Source: Octopus bimaculoides (taxonomy: Eukaryota). Taken from it: a DNA stretch of 45,457 bases. Positions 43,307-45,457 of this stretch are shown here, one piece after another. Within the stretch, counting starts at the first letter, position 1. The number at the start of each line of letters is the position of its first letter. Below the pieces are notes generated by a model. That model ran no database searches. It had not been told where the DNA came from and was given only the letters and a program-made list of their open reading frames with translations. Location of the stretch: contig NC_068987.1 in NCBI RefSeq assembly GCF_001194135.2, forward strand, positions 14,772,726 to 14,818,182, given 5' to 3'. A program made the translations under genes and the position numbers.

Positions 43307-44250
43307 CTACCCATATCGACGCTGGAACTTTGATAAAATGGTAGATCTTGGAATTCTTGAATTCAGATTTATCACCGCTCATACCATTCTAATTAATCGT
43401 GATCACATGCAACCCTTTCTTCTCCAGATCCTACGTAATATTTTCTTTATCTTAACCACCATCTACCCACATCCTAAACATCGTCACCGCACATCCACAC
43501 CACTACCTCCCTTCATCGTACCTGACACTCACTAATTCTATCACCCCCCCCCCCACAATTTACTCATAACCTCCCTTCAGTTTTCCCAGCTTACACAAAT
43601 CAGTAATTTGTTAGGCAAAAATAAAGGAATTTAGTTGTGTTAGTGAGTATGAACATGATGACGTAGAAGATTAAAGGCATACGCTCACTGTAAACCACTC
43701 CACACAAGCATACCCACGTACACACATACTGACATACACACATACTCACATACACACTCATCTAAAATACCTATACATATTTAAATATGCATACTCATGC
43801 ACAAGGGAGAACAACAAAAAATTCTTTACAATTACACAGGCACAAATACGTATTCATGAAAATGTACTTTCTTACGTACAAATAGTTACATGCAGCAAAG
43901 AACAAGCCATGCGGATTCTCTTTTGTACTCTAATGTCGATTCTGTGAGTGTCAGGGTTATTTTCTTTCTACGGTACCTTTCTATCGTGCTCTTCATCTCA
44001 TCAATATATTCTCCCCGTCCTCCGGTGGTTCTTTTCCTCCTCCTTTTCTTTTCATTTCCCTCTTCTTCTTAATTGCTTAATCATTTTTCTTTCCTCCCGA
44101 TACAATAGTTTTATTTGTATCGCGCCCGACACCAACCAACCACCTTCTCTCTCTCTCTTTATATATCTATATGTATGTATGTATATGTATATGTATACAT
44201 ACGTACATAAATAGATAGGTATACATATATATGTTATTTATGTGTATATG

Positions 44251-44286
<36 letters not shown>

Positions 44287-44544
44287 ATTCTCTCCTGTCC
44301 CTCCTATTCTTCCTTTTTAACTCTCTTCATTTCTATCTCCTCTATCTCGTCTCTTTCTCCCCTTCTCTCTCCCTCTCCTATTCCATCCTCTCTTTCTCTC
44401 TCTCTCTCACTCCCTCTTACTCTACTTATCTCCATTCTATTGTTTATGCCAGTTTAATTAAGTTGGTGTCAGAATTGCTAGAAATAGTTCAATACAATAA
44501 AAGATAGAGCTTTTTCTCCTAATCATGGAATCGGTATATTATAC

Positions 44545-44852
44545 ATCTGTATGTGTGTGTATTTGTGTGTGTGTGTGTGTGTGTGTGCATGCGTGTTTGT
44601 GTTGTGTGTGTGTCTCTGTCAGTGTTTGTGTGTTTGTGTGTGTGTGTTTGTGTGTTTGTGTGTGTGATTGTGTATATGTTTGTGTGCGTGTTTGTGTGTG
44701 TGTGTGCTTGTGTGTGTGTGTTCGTGTGTGTGTGTGTGTGTTTGTATGTGCGCGCGCAAATATGTGCATGTATTTAGGTGCATGTGTATGTGTTTGTGCA
44801 TGTAAGTTTTCTGTGATTGTATGTGTATTTGGGTTTGTACACACACACACAC

Positions 44853-44896
<44 letters not shown>

Positions 44897-45145
44897 GGTT
44901 TATTATTTTGTGTACATATGTACATATGTGTATATGTTTTATATGTGTATATGTTTTATATGTCTGCAAGCGTTTACGTAATTAATTTGTCGCAATGTAC
45001 ATTGCGTTTCGCATTCATATGTTACATATATGAGAGTGTGCGCGCGCATGTGTGTATGTGTGTTGTGTGTGTGTGTGTTTGTGTATGTATGTATGTATTA
45101 TGTATGTAGGTATTATGTATGTAGGTATATATATATATATATATA
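44545..45145. repeat. Compound (TG)/(CA)/(TATG)/(TA) microsatellite field
   Basis: Direct inspection; includes a 15-bp duplication TATTATGTATGTAGG at 45096-45125. Confidence 0.92.
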
Positions 45146-45457
45146 ACGTGAGAGAGTTAGGGGTTGGGGGTACAACCCACTAAGGGATAGTATCTATCCA
45201 GTATACTGCTGGGAGGGTACCCAATTATTGCTACGCTAGTGCTATACTAGGTGCAATCAACGGGAGCGGGTAAAAGTGGAGGTTTTACCCAAAATTTGTG
45301 TAACAATTAGAAAATGGAGGATAATATGCTGAACCCAACTACTTGCAGACGGTGTATCCCGTTGAATTCATTAATTTAATTCATAGCAAAAGTGACAAAA
45401 GAGAGGAAGAAAAGAAAAAGAAAGAAAGAACCAAAGCACAGGTGTCCATGGCAGACT

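Noticed and set aside
62-45109. Many ORFs rich in YI, HT, CV or X
   Set aside because: Translations of dinucleotide microsatellites, or ORFs kept open by N gaps; no protein-like composition.

Overview
AT-rich, repeat-dense eukaryotic DNA, most likely intronic or intergenic. The SINE families and microsatellite load look like an Octopus genome (inference from recalled repeat sequences, not a database search). No host protein-coding exon can be supported. Nearly all ORFs in the supplied track are artefacts of (TA)n/(CA)n/triplet microsatellites, N-gaps or SINE read-through. There are 13 assembly gaps, nearly all next to microsatellite or AT-rich repeat: 1628-1950, 3005-3559, 9423-9614, 17900-18123, 18938-19040, 22123-22139, 25811-26020, 26902-26965, 27850-28002, 31638-32163, 32842-33785, 34914-35031, 37483-37516. 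Supported content: more than 20 copies or fragments of at least four tRNA-derived SINE types (my labels A, C, D, E), two of them full length with perfect 15-16 bp target-site duplications; two RTE LINE fragments; a CR1-like LINE 3' end whose terminal module is shared with SINE C; a decayed Tigger/pogo transposase and two TA-flanked Tigger-type MITEs; a probable mariner end; and a decayed Penelope-like RT/GIY-YIG region. The most interesting signal is a set of at least six hammerhead-ribozyme-like cores (CUGANGA, stem II, GAAA, short palindromic stem III). Three of them belong to one dispersed repeat family, which points to a Penelope- or retrozyme-like ribozyme-bearing repeat. All alignments and folds were done by eye; boundaries of diverged copies are approximate.
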